Virus record (IMG/VR): IMGVR_UViG_2778261223_000006
Span: 1 to 6,761 of that record
DNA: 6,761 bases
Origin: a virus
Lineage: Duplodnaviria; Heunggongvirae; Uroviricota; Caudoviricetes
Reading direction: 5' to 3' (one strand)
The notes below the pieces were generated by a model. The model searched no databases. It saw only the letters and a list, made by a program, of their open reading frames with translations, and had not been told where the DNA came from. The translations under genes and the position numbers were made by a program. Each line of letters begins with the position of its first letter. Position 1 is the first letter of the stretch. Shown one piece after another: positions 5,521-6,761 of the stretch.

Positions 5521-5562
5521 GCTCTTTAACATTGATGGGATTGTCCCGCCGAAATGCGGGAA
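5521..5562 (+). promoter_or_regulatory. nutL site: boxA GCTCTTTAACA (5521-5531) and boxB hairpin tcccgccgaaatgcgggaa (5544-5562)
   Basis: boxA matches the boxA consensus. boxB is identical to the inferred nutR boxB. boxA-boxB spacing is 12 nt here and 14 nt at nutR. Confidence 0.7.
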
Positions 5563-5668
5563 CCAAAGAGTAGTTGGCTTTGGGGTGATGTGAAGTGCAG
5601 CTGCACGACGGCAACCGGAAGATAAGCACCCGGCGCGTCACCGCCAAAGTCAATCATCGGAGGTCAAC

Positions 5669-5941
5669 ATGACAGTAGTCATTACATATCTGGCTGACGA
5701 TAACGCCAGAAATCGCCGCAGAGCACGCAGACAGGCTCAACGTGAACAGGCAATGCAAGAACAGCGACTGGCGCGAAAAATTGCGCTAAAGCTCTCTGGT
5801 TGCGTCAGAGCAGATAAAGCAGCATCACTCGGAAGCCTTCGCTGCAAGAAGGCAGATGAATGCAGTGGAAGTATTTGCCTGCCAAACGTAGCTATTTACG
5901 CGGCAGGCTACCGGAAATCAAAACAACTGACGGCGAGATGA
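5669..5941 (+). CDS. N: N-like transcription antitermination protein (90 aa) with N-terminal arginine-rich motif
   Basis: First gene downstream of PL/nutL. Arginine-rich motif DNARNRRRARRQAQREQ near the N-terminus, as in lambdoid N proteins that bind boxB. SD GGAGG 4 nt upstream of the ATG. Confidence 0.65.
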   Translation: MTVVITYLADDNARNRRRARRQAQREQAMQEQRLARKIALKLSGCVRADKAASLGSLRCKKADECSGSICLPNVAIYAAGYRKSKQLTAR

Positions 5942-5957
5942 TAAATTAATTTGCTAA

Positions 5958-6539
5958 TTACTTGTTTTTGCCGTGCTTATCCTGAGCGATAAGTTCATCC
6001 ATAAGACTGTCTTTCTTCCCAGCAAACCTAATGTAGCACTCATTTCTATAGCGTTCTGGGATAACAAAACGGTCGATTTCAGGATATCCAGTAGCAGAAG
6101 GTATCCGAATAAGAAGCCCTTTTTCGAGCAATGAGATTGCTTCAGGGCTTCCCTTTTCCGTTTGTAGCTGGTTATTAGCGACTACAGCGAGTGCCAAATA
6201 CGCTCTTTCTCCAAGAGTTAACGAATCAAACAAATCTTGCACGTATTTCTCTTCTTTAGATTTGCGCTTCTGAGCAGCGAATACCTCAATTCTTTCAGTC
6301 ACAGCGTGATAAGCGGAATTAACAACGCCGTTAAGCACATAGCTAACGCAAAACAACAGGATGTAATACATCCAGTAATGAGGAAGGATTTCTGGATTAT
6401 GCAGGTTTATCCATTCTTTTACGCTTACCGGCATAACAATAATCAATATGATCAGGATGATTAGCATATGAATCAACTGTTTAAGTGTCATTCCTTGCAG
6501 GAAAAAATGCATTAGTTCCTGCCACCATGAGTTGTTCAT
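5958..6539 (-). CDS. sieB: Superinfection exclusion protein B-like membrane protein (193 aa)
   Basis: Convergent with N, as sieB is in lambda/P22. N-terminal hydrophobic TM segments (LIHMLIILIILIIVMPV, YWMYYILLFCVSYVL). The sequence matches my recollection of lambdoid SieB but this is unverified. Confidence 0.65.
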   Translation of the reverse strand: MNNSWWQELMHFFLQGMTLKQLIHMLIILIILIIVMPVSVKEWINLHNPEILPHYWMYYILLFCVSYVLNGVVNSAYHAVTERIEVFAAQKRKSKEEKYVQDLFDSLTLGERAYLALAVVANNQLQTEKGSPEAISLLEKGLLIRIPSATGYPEIDRFVIPERYRNECYIRFAGKKDSLMDELIAQDKHGKNK

Positions 6540-6761
6540 CGGCGTTTCTCTTTTGCTCTCTGTAGGGGTGAATAGAGTTTATCCGATTTCTCGCTTGAGC
6601 TGGCCCCCTGAAATACCAGACAGTAGATGTATCTTAAAATAAGAGATAGGCTTGGATATATGTCTAACACTAGTTCTAATTTTGGTAAGCGTAAACTGAC
6701 CGCCGTATGTAGCCATCAGACGAGAATTGGTAACTTAGACGCCCATCTGATATAGACGGAC

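Noticed and set aside
5396-5653. Track ORFs 5396..5593 (+) and 5447..5653 (-) spanning OL/PL and nutL
   Set aside because: The region is better explained as regulatory (operator palindromes, promoter hexamers, boxA/boxB). The plus-strand ORF needs a non-ATG start and has no SD.
6237-6464. Track ORF 6237..6464 (+) inside the sieB-like gene
   Set aside because: It is antisense to a longer ORF with a plausible identity and membrane topology. Shadow ORF.
6579-6716. Possible 45-aa minus-strand ORF, and a 33-aa plus-strand ORF at 6660..6761, upstream of the sieB-like gene
   Set aside because: No convincing SD and no recognisable features. The region more likely holds the promoter of the sieB-like gene.

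Overview
This window reads as the immunity and early-replication core of a lambda-like (lambdoid) prophage, oriented opposite to the conventional lambda map. Minus strand, right to left: cro, cII, a small basic ORF, an O-like initiator carrying an internal iteron origin, a DnaB-family helicase, a tR2-like terminator, three small accessory ORFs, and the start of ninB. Plus strand: a leaderless cI repressor gene translationally coupled to a 3-TM membrane protein gene, then OL/PL, nutL and an N-like antiterminator, with a convergent sieB-like exclusion gene at the right end. Operators, promoters, nut sites and iterons can be read directly; protein identities are from remembered similarity to lambda/E. 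coli proteins, not from a search. The most likely undescribed element is the membrane protein in the rex position downstream of cI, followed by the unassigned small ORFs (3313..3474 and the 229..934 cluster).
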